The position numbers and the translations under genes are program-made. A stretch of 42,087 nt of DNA from an uncultured Aquabacterium sp. GTDB lineage: Bacteria > Pseudomonadota > Gammaproteobacteria > Burkholderiales > Burkholderiaceae_C. This document shows, piece after piece, positions 27,450 to 35,321 of this stretch. The notes below the pieces were generated by a model. That model was given only the letters and a program-made list of their open reading frames with translations. It was not told the origin of the DNA and searched no databases. The stretch covers positions 1 to 42,087 of the forward strand of contig CBIHPZ010000001.1 of assembly GCA_966211865.1 (NCBI GenBank), given 5' to 3'. How positions within the stretch are numbered: the first letter of the stretch is position 1; each line of letters starts with the position of its first letter.

Positions 27450-27668
27450 ATGCCGGCGCCACTGCCCCGCGGCCGGCTGCGATGGCTGGGCCGTGCCCGG
27501 TTCACGGCCGAGGATGGTCAGCAGGACGAACGGCCGGCCGCGGTGGTGGACTTCGAGAACACCGCGGCCCAGCAGCAGTTCGTTAACAGCGGAACTATGG
27601 ACCTGGACCTGGACGACGACACGGTGGCCTACGTCCTCGATGGCAAACCGGCTGCGCCGGAAAAATAA
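27450..27668 (+). CDS. Hypothetical acidic protein
   Basis: ORF directly after the lysis genes; plausible codon usage. Confidence 0.45.
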   Translation: MPAPLPRGRLRWLGRARFTAEDGQQDERPAAVVDFENTAAQQQFVNSGTMDLDLDDDTVAYVLDGKPAAPEK

Positions 27669-27786
27669 GGTGGGCCAGGGCGATCACGCCGGGTGCTTGC
27701 GCGCCTTGGTGTCCAGCTCGCCGGCTTTCGCCGGCTGCCCCAGGCCCTGGCCCGGCGCGCACTGTGCATGAGGCGCTGACTCGGCG

Positions 27787-27993
27787 CTATCCCTCCGAAG
27801 GGGGTGGTGCCACCTCGAATAGATCGGCGTCGATCTCCAGAACGTAGTAGCGCCGGCCCGCTGGGCTGGGGGGACTCGTCAGCGACACGACCCCGGGCAG
27901 CTCCGTGCCGTTCAGCAGCACGCGCGGGCGGCGTTCCAGCATCGGCTCTGCAGGCGACGGCAGGGCGAGGGTGTAGGGCTTGGGGCTGCTCAT
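27787..27993 (-). CDS. Hypothetical protein
   Basis: GGAG SD upstream of ATG 27993. Confidence 0.45.
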   Translation of the reverse strand: MSSPKPYTLALPSPAEPMLERRPRVLLNGTELPGVVSLTSPPSPAGRRYYVLEIDADLFEVAPPPSEG

Positions 27994-28007
27994 GTGTCGA
28001 TTCTCCA

Positions 28008-28256
28008 TGTGCCGGACCTGCGCCCTGGCAATTCGGGGCCGTGCCGGACTTGTGCCGGAACTACGCTGACTTTCGCTTCCGCGCCGCAGTTAAGTCTTTG
28101 ATTTTGCTGGCGTCAGAAGCTTGGGAACGTCTTGTGATTCTGGTCGTCGTGGGTTCGAGTCCCATCAGCCACCCCAACGAATCTCCCTCGTGAACAGGCC
28201 CTTCGGGGCCTGTTTCGCTTCCTGGCTCGCGCAGCAGTTGTGCCGGAGTTGTGCCA
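28008..28256. promoter_or_regulatory. attP arm-type sites (TGTGCCGGA-like repeats) and IHF site
   Basis: Repeats at about 28008, 28041, 28051, 28239 and 28250 flank the core; AATCAAAGACTTA (- strand, 28091-28103) matches WATCAANNNNTTR. Confidence 0.7.
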
Positions 28257-29347
28257 CCGGCCCCAAGGTTGCCGGCCCAGGCGGCCACGTGGCTGCGGCC
28301 GAGGTGGGCGTAGCGCTGCACCATGGCCAGCGAGGCCCAGCCGCCCAGTTCCTGCAGCACCGGCAGCGGCGTGCCGGCCTGGACGTGCCAGCTTGCCCAG
28401 GTGTGCCGCAGGTCGTGGAAGCGCAGCGTCGGCACGCCGGCGCGGACGCAGGCCTTCCGCCAGGCGTGGTTGCTGACCTTGCCCGTGGGCGCGTCTTCCA
28501 TCTGGCGCGCTTCGCCATCGGCGCCGGTCTCCCATCGCGGCACCGGGAACACCCAGGACTTGTGCTTGCCGCGCTGGCCGGCCAGCACCAGCAGCGCGTC
28601 GCGGTTCAGCGGCACGCTGTGGGTGCGGCCGGCCTTCATCTCGTCGGCTTCGAACCAGGCGACGCCGCGCTGCAGGTCCACCTGCTGCCACGTCAGAAGC
28701 CTGATATTGCTCTCGCGCAGGCCGGTGGCCAGGGCGAAGCTGGCCATGGCCTTCAGGTGCGGCGGCAGCTCGGCCAGCAGGTCGGCGGCCTGCTCGTGCG
28801 TCAGCCAGCTGATGCGCTTCGCTGGCTCGGGTGCCTTGGCGATGGGCGGCACCGCGCTCAGCCAGCCGCGGCGGTGGGCGTAGTGCAGCACCGCACTCAG
28901 CTGCGCCAGGTGCCGGTTCACGGTCGCGGAGCTCGTCTGCTTCGGCTCCGGCGGCGTTCGGCCGGCCGCCACGGCGCGTGCGATTTCGCGCGCGTTCATG
29001 GGCTGCTCTCGCCGCGCCTTAGCCACCTTGCGGATGGCCTCGTCGGTGATGCTGGCCAGGGCTTTGCCGCGCAGGTGCACGGACAGCCAGCGCAGCACGC
29101 GCTTGATTTCCTCAATGCTCTTGCGGTGGCCGTGCTCGTCGAGCCAGGCCACCACCGCGTCATCCCAGGTTACCGTGGGCGTTTCGCCGAGGCGGCGGGC
29201 GCGCCAGAGATCGCGCGCAAGCGTGGCGGCGTATTCCTTCGCCTGTTCGTAGTTGCTGGTGCCAGTGCTGCGTCGAGCGCGCTCGCCGGCGACCTCGCCG
29301 AGGTCAACCCACCACGTTCCTCGTTTGCCGCGCTGATAGAGCCGCAT
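28061..29347 (-). CDS. int: Tyrosine integrase
   Basis: TGLRESNI, FHDLRHTWASW and MVQRYAH catalytic motifs; start may be 29347 or 29386. Confidence 0.95.
   Translation of the reverse strand: MRLYQRGKRGTWWVDLGEVAGERARRSTGTSNYEQAKEYAATLARDLWRARRLGETPTVTWDDAVVAWLDEHGHRKSIEEIKRVLRWLSVHLRGKALASITDEAIRKVAKARREQPMNAREIARAVAAGRTPPEPKQTSSATVNRHLAQLSAVLHYAHRRGWLSAVPPIAKAPEPAKRISWLTHEQAADLLAELPPHLKAMASFALATGLRESNIRLLTWQQVDLQRGVAWFEADEMKAGRTHSVPLNRDALLVLAGQRGKHKSWVFPVPRWETGADGEARQMEDAPTGKVSNHAWRKACVRAGVPTLRFHDLRHTWASWHVQAGTPLPVLQELGGWASLAMVQRYAHLGRSHVAAWAGNLGAGGTTPAQLLREPGSETGPEGPVHEGDSLGWLMGLEPTTTRITRRSQASDASKIKDLTAARKRKSA
28132..28176 (+). other. attP core: 3' half of a tRNA-His(GTG) gene
   Basis: TTGTGATTCTGGTCGTCGTGGGTTCGAGTCCCATCAGCCACCCCA contains the anticodon loop, T-arm, acceptor stem and CCA; 5' half absent. 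Confidence 0.9.
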
Positions 29348-29577
29348 GGGGCCTCCCGAAACTTGCCGTACTGGCCGCGCAGCCACTGGATGACGTCGTC
29401 GCTCACCAGCACATAGGCGCGGCCGATCCGAGCAGCTGGGAGGCCGCGATTGTGGATGCAGTCGCTGACCGTCTCGGCGGACGTGTTCATCAGCGCTGCG
29501 GCTTGGTCGATGGTCAGGGTGCCGGCCGGGCTGGCCTCCCTGCGATCAGTGCGGGTGAAGTGGATGCCCATCACCAC
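29170..29577 (-). CDS. Excisionase/HTH_17 DNA-binding protein overlapping the int start
   Basis: LTIDQAAALMNTSAETV...LPAARIGRAYV...DVIQWL. Confidence 0.75.
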   Translation of the reverse strand: MVMGIHFTRTDRREASPAGTLTIDQAAALMNTSAETVSDCIHNRGLPAARIGRAYVLVSDDVIQWLRGQYGKFREAPCGSISAANEERGGLTSARSPASALDAALAPATTNRRRNTPPRLRAISGAPAASAKRPR

Positions 29578-29999
29578 TGCTCGCGGCCCGTGGCCTCACG
29601 ATACTCGGCCGGCAGCGCCGACAGCGGCACGTCGAAGAAGCCGAGTTGCCCCCGCCACGGCACGAACGGGCCAGGCCGCGGGTTCGCCAGCACGAAGCCG
29701 TGCTGGCCAACGAACCATCGCGAGGCGCAGGCCTTCACGCAGTCGACGATCTCGACTGAGCCGACGATGCCTCCGCGAGCGATGGTGTCGCGCGTGATGC
29801 CGGCCTCCAGCGCTTTCGGGCTGGCACCTGTGCCTTGCGCGAACGTCCAGGCGTCTGACCACTCGTCGCGCGTCATGCCCTTGCCGGCATGCACGAGGAT
29901 GCGGCCGCGGAAGGTTGTTGGCCAGTCGCGGTTCTCCACGTCTTTGCCGGCGTGCAGGATGAGCCAGGCCCAGGGCTGGCGGATGGATAGGGTGCGCAT
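29571..29999 (-). CDS. ASCH-domain protein
   Basis: LSIRQPWAWLI..GKDVENRDW.T.FRG.ILVHAGK signature. Confidence 0.9.
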   Translation of the reverse strand: MRTLSIRQPWAWLILHAGKDVENRDWPTTFRGRILVHAGKGMTRDEWSDAWTFAQGTGASPKALEAGITRDTIARGGIVGSVEIVDCVKACASRWFVGQHGFVLANPRPGPFVPWRGQLGFFDVPLSALPAEYREATGREQW

Positions 30000-30014
30000 C
30001 AGCGGGATCCCTTT

Positions 30015-31403
30015 TCAATAGGTCTTGGTCAGGTCAGCCGCCACCGCTTTCCCGCGCTTGCGGATGGCGTTGGCCAGGCGGACGCGGTCCTGGTGGCTGT
30101 GGCTCGCGCAGCGCAGCAGGCCGAACACGCTGTTGGCCGTGGTGGCAATGTCGGCGCGTGGCATGGTCTCGATGCGCGCCAGCGCGCGGCGCACGGTGCC
30201 GCGGCGGGCGGTGCGCCGCCAGGGCTTCACCACGTGGCCGACGAAATCGACGCCGCGGTCAACCGGCTGCAGGATGGTCTTGCGCGGGTTCAGCTCGACG
30301 CCGAGGCGGGCTGGCAGGAACGCTTCGATGCTGGCCAGCGCGGCGCGCAGCCACTGGGGGTCGGGGTGCACCAGCACCACGTCGTCGACGTAGCGCACGT
30401 AGTGCGGCGCGCGCAGCTGGTGCTTGGCGTGCTGGTCCAGCGCGTTCAGGTAGACGTTGGCAAAAAACTGGCTGCTGAGGTTGCCGATGGGCAGGCCGCG
30501 CTCGGCCGGGGCCTGCAACAGGCTCTTGTGCGCCGGCACCAGGCGCAGCACCGCGGCGGGCGAGCGCACGTCCGCGTCGGTGCGCGGGTCGTGCAGCAGC
30601 ACGGTGTCGGTGAGCCAGCGCCACCAGCTTTCGGTGGCGGGGTCGATGCGGGCCAGCAGCTGCTCGCGCAGCGTGGGCTTGTGGATCGACACGAAGAAGT
30701 TGGCGATGTCCGCCTTGAGGTAGTGCGCGGGTCGCTGCCAGTTGCTGGTGACGCTGCGCACCTGGTGCTCCAGGCGCTGGGCGGCGTACAGGGTGCCGCG
30801 GCCGGGGATGCAGGCGCAGCTGTCGGCCACGAAGGCGGCGTGGAAGCGCGGCGCGATGTGGTTGTAGAGCAGGTGGTGCACCACGCGGTCGCGGAAGTCC
30901 GCGGCCCACACCTCGCGTGGCTTGGGCTTGGTGACGACGAAGCAAGTGCTGCGGCCGGGCCGGTAGGTGCCGGCGGCCAGTTCCTCGTGCAGGTCGAAAA
31001 GATTGCGCTCCAGCTGCTCTTCGAAGGCCAGTGCACTGGGTGTGTTGCGCTTGCGGCGCCGGCAGTCAAAGTAAGCGGCCGCGAGCCGCTGAAAAAGAGA
31101 AACGCTTGCGTCCTGGTCTGCGGACGGCGCGAGCCCGGCCCTCGTTGTTCTTGTCGTTGTAGTTCTGGTTGCCATTGCTGAAGTTCTGGTACCACGCGTA
31201 ATTGGCCGAGTACTGCGCTGAGTCGTGCGATCTACGTCGCCAGGCCGAAGGCGGGAGCCGATCAGCGAGGGGACTGCGCGGGACCGTGCACGGCCGAATT
31301 GCTGGCCGGTGGTATCCGTGGTGCGCATGGCGGTGGCCTCAAGGGCCAGCGGCACGACCAGATTCAAGAAAGAGCGCACGGGCATGATCGCCTTGACGGT
31401 CAT
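30015..31403 (-). CDS. DGR reverse transcriptase (start uncertain: 31403 or 31175)
   Basis: FRDRVVHH, KADIANFF, DGR-type IGNLSSQ, YVRYVDD and GVDFVG motifs. Confidence 0.93.
   Translation of the reverse strand: MTVKAIMPVRSFLNLVVPLALEATAMRTTDTTGQQFGRARSRAVPSLIGSRLRPGDVDRTTQRSTRPITRGTRTSAMATRTTTTRTTRAGLAPSADQDASVSLFQRLAAAYFDCRRRKRNTPSALAFEEQLERNLFDLHEELAAGTYRPGRSTCFVVTKPKPREVWAADFRDRVVHHLLYNHIAPRFHAAFVADSCACIPGRGTLYAAQRLEHQVRSVTSNWQRPAHYLKADIANFFVSIHKPTLREQLLARIDPATESWWRWLTDTVLLHDPRTDADVRSPAAVLRLVPAHKSLLQAPAERGLPIGNLSSQFFANVYLNALDQHAKHQLRAPHYVRYVDDVVLVHPDPQWLRAALASIEAFLPARLGVELNPRKTILQPVDRGVDFVGHVVKPWRRTARRGTVRRALARIETMPRADIATTANSVFGLLRCASHSHQDRVRLANAIRKRGKAVAADLTKTY
31117..31216 (-). repeat. 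DGR template repeat (TR)
   Basis: 100 nt, 30 adenines on the - strand, 8 AAY codons in the target frame; aligns without gaps to two VRs. Confidence 0.95.
31217..31399 (-). ncRNA. Putative structured 5' part of the DGR RNA between avd and TR
   Basis: Local hairpins TGGCC-CTTGA-GGCCA and CGGCC-N8-GGCCG; position. Confidence 0.4.
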
Positions 31404-31771
31404 GCAGCAGGCGCCGCAGCGTTGCGAGAAAACTTGCGCCAGCCGCCGGCCTGCTTGCCGATGGTGGCAGTCAGCTCAGCGGCGCGTGTCCACTGGCTGA
31501 GTGCGATGAAGCGCTTGCCGTAGGCCAGCCGCAGCAGCAGCTCGGCGACCTGCAGGTGCTCCAGCAGCTCGTCGATGTGCTCGCCGCGCCGGCTCATGTC
31601 CTTGGCCGCGTTGGCGCGGCCGATGAGCACGATGAGGCGGATCAGCGCGGTGCGGATTTCGCCGCCCAGCGAGGCCTTGAAGTCGCGCGGCATGTTGCGC
31701 GTCAGGTCCGTCGCCAGGTCGAGTAGATCGACCGCGAGCTTGTAGATCGGCAGGTGCTGGAACTGGGCCAT
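31400..31771 (-). CDS. avd: Accessory variability determinant (Avd-like four-helix bundle)
   Basis: HLPIYK...MPRDFKASLG...IGKQAGGWRK pattern; 123 aa, basic; lies between target and TR as in BPP-1. Confidence 0.88.
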   Translation of the reverse strand: MAQFQHLPIYKLAVDLLDLATDLTRNMPRDFKASLGGEIRTALIRLIVLIGRANAAKDMSRRGEHIDELLEHLQVAELLLRLAYGKRFIALSQWTRAAELTATIGKQAGGWRKFSRNAAAPAA

Positions 31772-31783
31772 TTTTCAAGCGCG

Positions 31784-31802
31784 ACCGGCGCTGCGCGCCG
31801 GT
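31784..31802 (-). promoter_or_regulatory. DGR retrohoming hairpin 1 (8-bp stem, GCA loop)
   Basis: ACCGGCGC-GCA-GCGCCGGT, 33 nt downstream of VR1. Confidence 0.8.
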
Positions 31803-31817
31803 GAAGGGTTCAAGGGG

Positions 31818-32336
31818 TCAAGCGTTGAGCTTGAATCTGCGGACGGCGCGAGCCAGGCCCTCGTGGTTCTTGTCGAGGTAGTACTGGAAGCCATCGCTGA
31901 AGTACTGGTACCACGCGTAATCGGCCGAGTACTGCTCGCTGGTCCAGTGCCACGCCGGGTCGAACTGGTCGCGCAGGTTGCCGAACAGCACCGACGACTC
32001 GGCGCGCGTCGGCAGTGACCAGTCGGCGTGCCCTTCGGTTGACAGGCTGGCAGCCCAACCGAGCGCGGCCTGCCAATTCAGTTCATCGGCGGGCTTCGCC
32101 TCGCACAGGATGAGGTGGTGGTCCGCGCCGCCGTCGGTGGAGCGGCACGTGCCGGCGTAGATGCCACCCTGGCTGGGCCAGCGCTCGCCGATGCGCGGCG
32201 GCGTGTCGCTGCTGGTGGTGATTGCCGGGAAAGCGGCGGGTGCCGGCTGCTCGCTCAGCGCCGCGGCGGCGTGGCGCAGAAGGTCAGGCAGCAGCGGCCG
32301 CAGGGTGCTGGCCGGCAAAGTGAGCGTCATGTCCAT
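31818..32336 (-). CDS. DGR target 1, DUF1566/CLec-like protein
   Basis: DWSLPTRAE and HWTSEQYSA...ARAVRR motifs; C-terminal VR. Confidence 0.9.
   Translation of the reverse strand: MDMTLTLPASTLRPLLPDLLRHAAAALSEQPAPAAFPAITTSSDTPPRIGERWPSQGGIYAGTCRSTDGGADHHLILCEAKPADELNWQAALGWAASLSTEGHADWSLPTRAESSVLFGNLRDQFDPAWHWTSEQYSADYAWYQYFSDGFQYYLDKNHEGLARAVRRFKLNA
31836..31935 (-). repeat. Variable repeat VR1
   Basis: 10 mismatches to TR, 9 at TR adenines. Confidence 0.95.
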
Positions 32337-32362
32337 GTGGGTGCCCTCAAAAAAATGCGCGG

Positions 32363-32381
32363 ACCGGCGCTGCGCGCCGGT
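32363..32381 (-). promoter_or_regulatory. DGR retrohoming hairpin 2 (identical to hairpin 1)
   Basis: Same 19-mer, 33 nt downstream of VR2. Confidence 0.8.
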
Positions 32382-32396
32382 GGAGTGGTGAAGGGG

Positions 32397-33359
32397 TCAA
32401 GCGCTGAGCTTGAATCTGCGGACGGCGCGAGCCCGGCCCTCGTAGTCCTTGCCGACGTAGTCCTGGCCGCCATAGCTGAAGCCCTGGACCCACGCGTAAT
32501 TGGCCGAGTACTGCGTGCTGCTCCAGTACCACCCGTCGGACAGCGCCTCGGCGCCGCCGGCGCGGAAGGCTTCAGCGGTCGTCTGCGCGGGCGCGGCGCT
32601 GCTGTAGGCGTAGCCCACCGGCACCGAGCTGGGGTTGTCGCCTCGGGCGCGCCAGTTCGTGTCGGTGGTGGGCTTCAGGTTGCGGTACAGCAGCTCCAGT
32701 TCATCGCGGCTGGGCAGGTACCAATCGGCGAAGCCGTTGATGTCCAGCTGCGCGGCCTGTTTCGCCAGCGCGCAGCCGGCCTCGGTCATGTCTTCGGTGT
32801 TGGTGCGGCCGTCGAAGAAGCTGCGCGCGGCGGGGATGTCCTGGCCGTATTCGCCCCAGGCGCTGGCCGCCAGCTCGCCGCCGGCGGCTGGCGCGACGAT
32901 CAGCGCGAAGACGTCGTCGCCGACGCGCAGGCGGCCGGCGTAGAACCCGCCCTGGAACGGCGTGCCGGGCTCGGTGGGCACCGCGGGTGCCGCGGTTTCG
33001 GTGGTGGTGGGGCGGTCGATAACGGAGGCGTCCATGGGTGCTCCTGTGGGTGATGCCGGCGCGGCCGGCGGCGGGTTGTCGTGCGGCCGGCGGGCCGCGG
33101 GGTAGTTCTTGGCGATCCAGTCCTGCGCCGCGCGAGCGGCGGCGATGTAGCTGGTGCTGGGCGTGCCCTTCACTTCCTGGCCGGGCCTGAAGGCCTTCCA
33201 GATGGCTGTGCGCAGGTCTATGGGCAGCGAGTACCAGTGCTTGCGGCAGCCCCACACGGCCGGCGGCACCTGGCGGTCGCAGCCTGGCCAGTGGCAGTGG
33301 TGGTCGCGCGTCTGGCCTTGGCGCTTGACGTAGGCGACCTTGGCGCCGATGGTGCTCAT
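32397..33359 (-). CDS. DGR target 2, DUF1566/CLec-like protein with N-terminal Cys/His domain (internal start at 33035)
   Basis: [13 protein letters not shown] and [10 protein letters not shown]...ARAVRR motifs; C-terminal VR. Confidence 0.88.
   Translation of the reverse strand: MSTIGAKVAYVKRQGQTRDHHCHWPGCDRQVPPAVWGCRKHWYSLPIDLRTAIWKAFRPGQEVKGTPSTSYIAAARAAQDWIAKNYPAARRPHDNPPPAAPASPTGAPMDASVIDRPTTTETAAPAVPTEPGTPFQGGFYAGRLRVGDDVFALIVAPAAGGELAASAWGEYGQDIPAARSFFDGRTNTEDMTEAGCALAKQAAQLDINGFADWYLPSRDELELLYRNLKPTTDTNWRARGDNPSSVPVGYAYSSAAPAQTTAEAFRAGGAEALSDGWYWSSTQYSANYAWVQGFSYGGQDYVGKDYEGRARAVRRFKLSA
32415..32514 (-). repeat. Variable repeat VR2
   Basis: 13 mismatches to TR, 12 at TR adenines. 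Confidence 0.95.
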
Positions 33360-34087
33360 GGCGTGCCGGCGCCGTCGACGCGATGGACCGTGGCGAGGCA
33401 GAGCACATGATCTGCCGGGTCGGGGTGCTTCAGGCAGTCATCGCGGTATGCTTGGTTGATGCCGTTGGCCAGCCGTAGGGCGGTCAGCTCGTCGGTGTGC
33501 TTGTGCACGTCGTCGGGGCCGGCGACACGTACTTCGAAGACGGGTGGCGCGTGCACCGGCGCGCCTCCCGTCAGTTGAGCGAAGCGCGCGAGGAAGAGAC
33601 GGCGCGCGGCATCGGCGCCGCAGGGAACGATCGTCTGTTCGAGCGGGCGATAGCCCAGGCGCTCGGCCTCCCGCTCGTCGGAGTGGTGCGGCATCAGGTC
33701 GCGCTGCTCGGTCAGCAGCAGCACCAGGTCCGCGTCCTTCACGCATCGCGGCAGCTGCGCCGGCAGGCCGAAGCGGCGCAGCACCGCGGCTTCCACGCGG
33801 CGCTCGACGGCCTTGTAGTCGGGCAGCAGGCGCTTCAGCGGCGCTGAGACATCGCCCAGGAAGGCCTCGGCGGCGTCGTGCAGCAGGCCCGCCAGCGCGT
33901 GCTCGGGCGGCACGGCATGGGAGACCAGCACCGAGTGCTGCGCCACGCTGTAGAACGTGCTGACGTGGCCGGTGTAACGGCACAAGTGCGACAGCGCGTG
34001 CGCGATTTCCTCGATGCCGAAGACGCTGTCTTCAGGCGTCAGGAAGTTGAAGTAGTGGCCGGCGGCCGTCAGGATGTCGGGGCGCAT
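33356..34087 (-). CDS. HD-domain phosphohydrolase (YfbR/5'-deoxynucleotidase-like)
   Basis: [14 protein letters not shown]...YSVAQHS...[12 protein letters not shown]. Confidence 0.85.
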   Translation of the reverse strand: MRPDILTAAGHYFNFLTPEDSVFGIEEIAHALSHLCRYTGHVSTFYSVAQHSVLVSHAVPPEHALAGLLHDAAEAFLGDVSAPLKRLLPDYKAVERRVEAAVLRRFGLPAQLPRCVKDADLVLLLTEQRDLMPHHSDEREAERLGYRPLEQTIVPCGADAARRLFLARFAQLTGGAPVHAPPVFEVRVAGPDDVHKHTDELTALRLANGINQAYRDDCLKHPDPADHVLCLATVHRVDGAGTP

Positions 34088-34339
34088 TCAGGTTCTCCGG
34101 GAGACGACGACGACGCCATCAGCATGCACCGCGTGAACCTGCTCGGGCACCTTGTCGGTGACCTTGGCCAGGATGGACACGAGGCTGTTCACCTTCTTGA
34201 CGTCCAAAGTGATCGTCAGCTTGCCGGGCTTGCCGGTCAGTTCGACGTTGCGGAGCACCTCGGTCAGCAGGTCGGTGCACTTGGGTGCAAACAGCCCGTT
34301 TTGCAGGCGGGCCAGGGTGTGGGTGATGGGGTGCGACAT
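34088..34339 (-). CDS. Conserved phage early protein, possibly C-terminally truncated
   Basis: L.EV...V..TGK.GKLTITL motif; SD GAAAGGA. Confidence 0.5.
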   Translation of the reverse strand: MSHPITHTLARLQNGLFAPKCTDLLTEVLRNVELTGKPGKLTITLDVKKVNSLVSILAKVTDKVPEQVHAVHADGVVVVSRRT

Positions 34340-34381
34340 GGCGTGCGCGGTCCTTTCGTGCGCGGTGGTGGTGGGGCCGGG

Positions 34382-34915
34382 TCAGCCGACGGCGGCCGGC
34401 TGGGGTGTCGGGTCGGGTGGTGCTTCGTGCACGGTGACGCCGGGGCTGGCGCGTCCGGCCAGCGCAGCCTGGATTCGGCTGCGCACCGCTTCCTCTGCCG
34501 TGCGCCATTCCCCGCGGCTGACCAGGCTGAGCTGCACGCGATACAGCTCCAGCCCATAGTCGACAGCGGCCAGCTCGGGGCCGCGCAGGGTCCAGCCCTG
34601 GCCGGCCCTGGCGCGGTGCATCAGCGCGGCCATGGCGGCGTGCGCGGTGTGGATGTCCGCCGCCAGGTTGGTGCCGATGCGCAGCTTGACCAGCCCCTCG
34701 GCCAGGTTCAGGCCGTCGGCCACCAGTTGCCAAGCCGACGTGCTTCCCTCGCCCCGGCGCAGCTGGTCGAAGCCGCGCATGGCCGGTGCCAGAAGCGCGC
34801 GCTGTTGCGAGGGCAGCAGCAGCGCGGCCTGGTCGGCGGCCAGCGACATCAGGTCGCGGGGCGTCGCCCCTTCCCTGGGGCGATAGCGCTTGCGGGGCTT
34901 GCGGTTGGCTGGCAT
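34382..34915 (-). CDS. Hypothetical phage protein
   Basis: MPANRKPRKRYRPR N-terminus; operon context. Confidence 0.6.
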   Translation of the reverse strand: MPANRKPRKRYRPREGATPRDLMSLAADQAALLLPSQQRALLAPAMRGFDQLRRGEGSTSAWQLVADGLNLAEGLVKLRIGTNLAADIHTAHAAMAALMHRARAGQGWTLRGPELAAVDYGLELYRVQLSLVSRGEWRTAEEAVRSRIQAALAGRASPGVTVHEAPPDPTPQPAAVG

Positions 34916-34919
34916 GGCT

Positions 34920-35321
34920 TCAGCGGCCGGCGGGCGAGTAGCGCGCGTCGCGGATGCGGCGCATGCGGTGCTCGGCGTCCAGGCAGTCGGGCAGGCTGGC
35001 GCGCGGCACCTCGGGCGCGGTGATGCAATTGCCGTTCAGGTCGGTGATGCGGCCGTCCGGGTAGAACAGCCGATCGCCGCGGCGGCTGGGGTGGGCCTGG
35101 TCGCCGCGGCTGCCGGCGCGGTCCACCGGCGGGCGCGCATCGCCGTTGCCAAGCGCGAAGACGCGGCCGCGGCCGGTGAGCATGAAGGGGTCGACGCTGG
35201 GCGCGCACACGGCGCTGGGGTCGGCTTCCACCGCCTTCGTGCGCATGGGCTTGCCGCTGAAGGGCATGTCGTCTTCGTCGGTTGCCGCGGTGCGCGGGCC
35301 GTAGTGGCCGGCGCGGCTCAT
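34920..35321 (-). CDS. Hypothetical protein
   Basis: ATGA-coupled to the upstream kinase. Confidence 0.5.
   Translation of the reverse strand: MSRAGHYGPRTAATDEDDMPFSGKPMRTKAVEADPSAVCAPSVDPFMLTGRGRVFALGNGDARPPVDRAGSRGDQAHPSRRGDRLFYPDGRITDLNGNCITAPEVPRASLPDCLDAEHRMRRIRDARYSPAGR

Noticed and set aside
28132..28176. tRNA-His gene
   Set aside because: Only the 3' half is present (no D-arm or 5' acceptor strand); it is the attP core
30015..31403. Group II intron, retron or Abi-type RT
   Set aside because: The IGxxxSQ motif, adjacent Avd and A-specific TR/VR pairs identify a DGR RT; no maturase/endonuclease extension or intron domain V seen
31117..32514. CRISPR-like array from three similar 100-bp repeats
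   Set aside because: Repeats are long, coding, irregularly spaced and differ at adenines; no cas genes
33356..34087. DatZ of a Z-base (2-aminoadenine) genome system
   Set aside because: No PurZ, MazZ or phage DNA polymerase recognised in the genome
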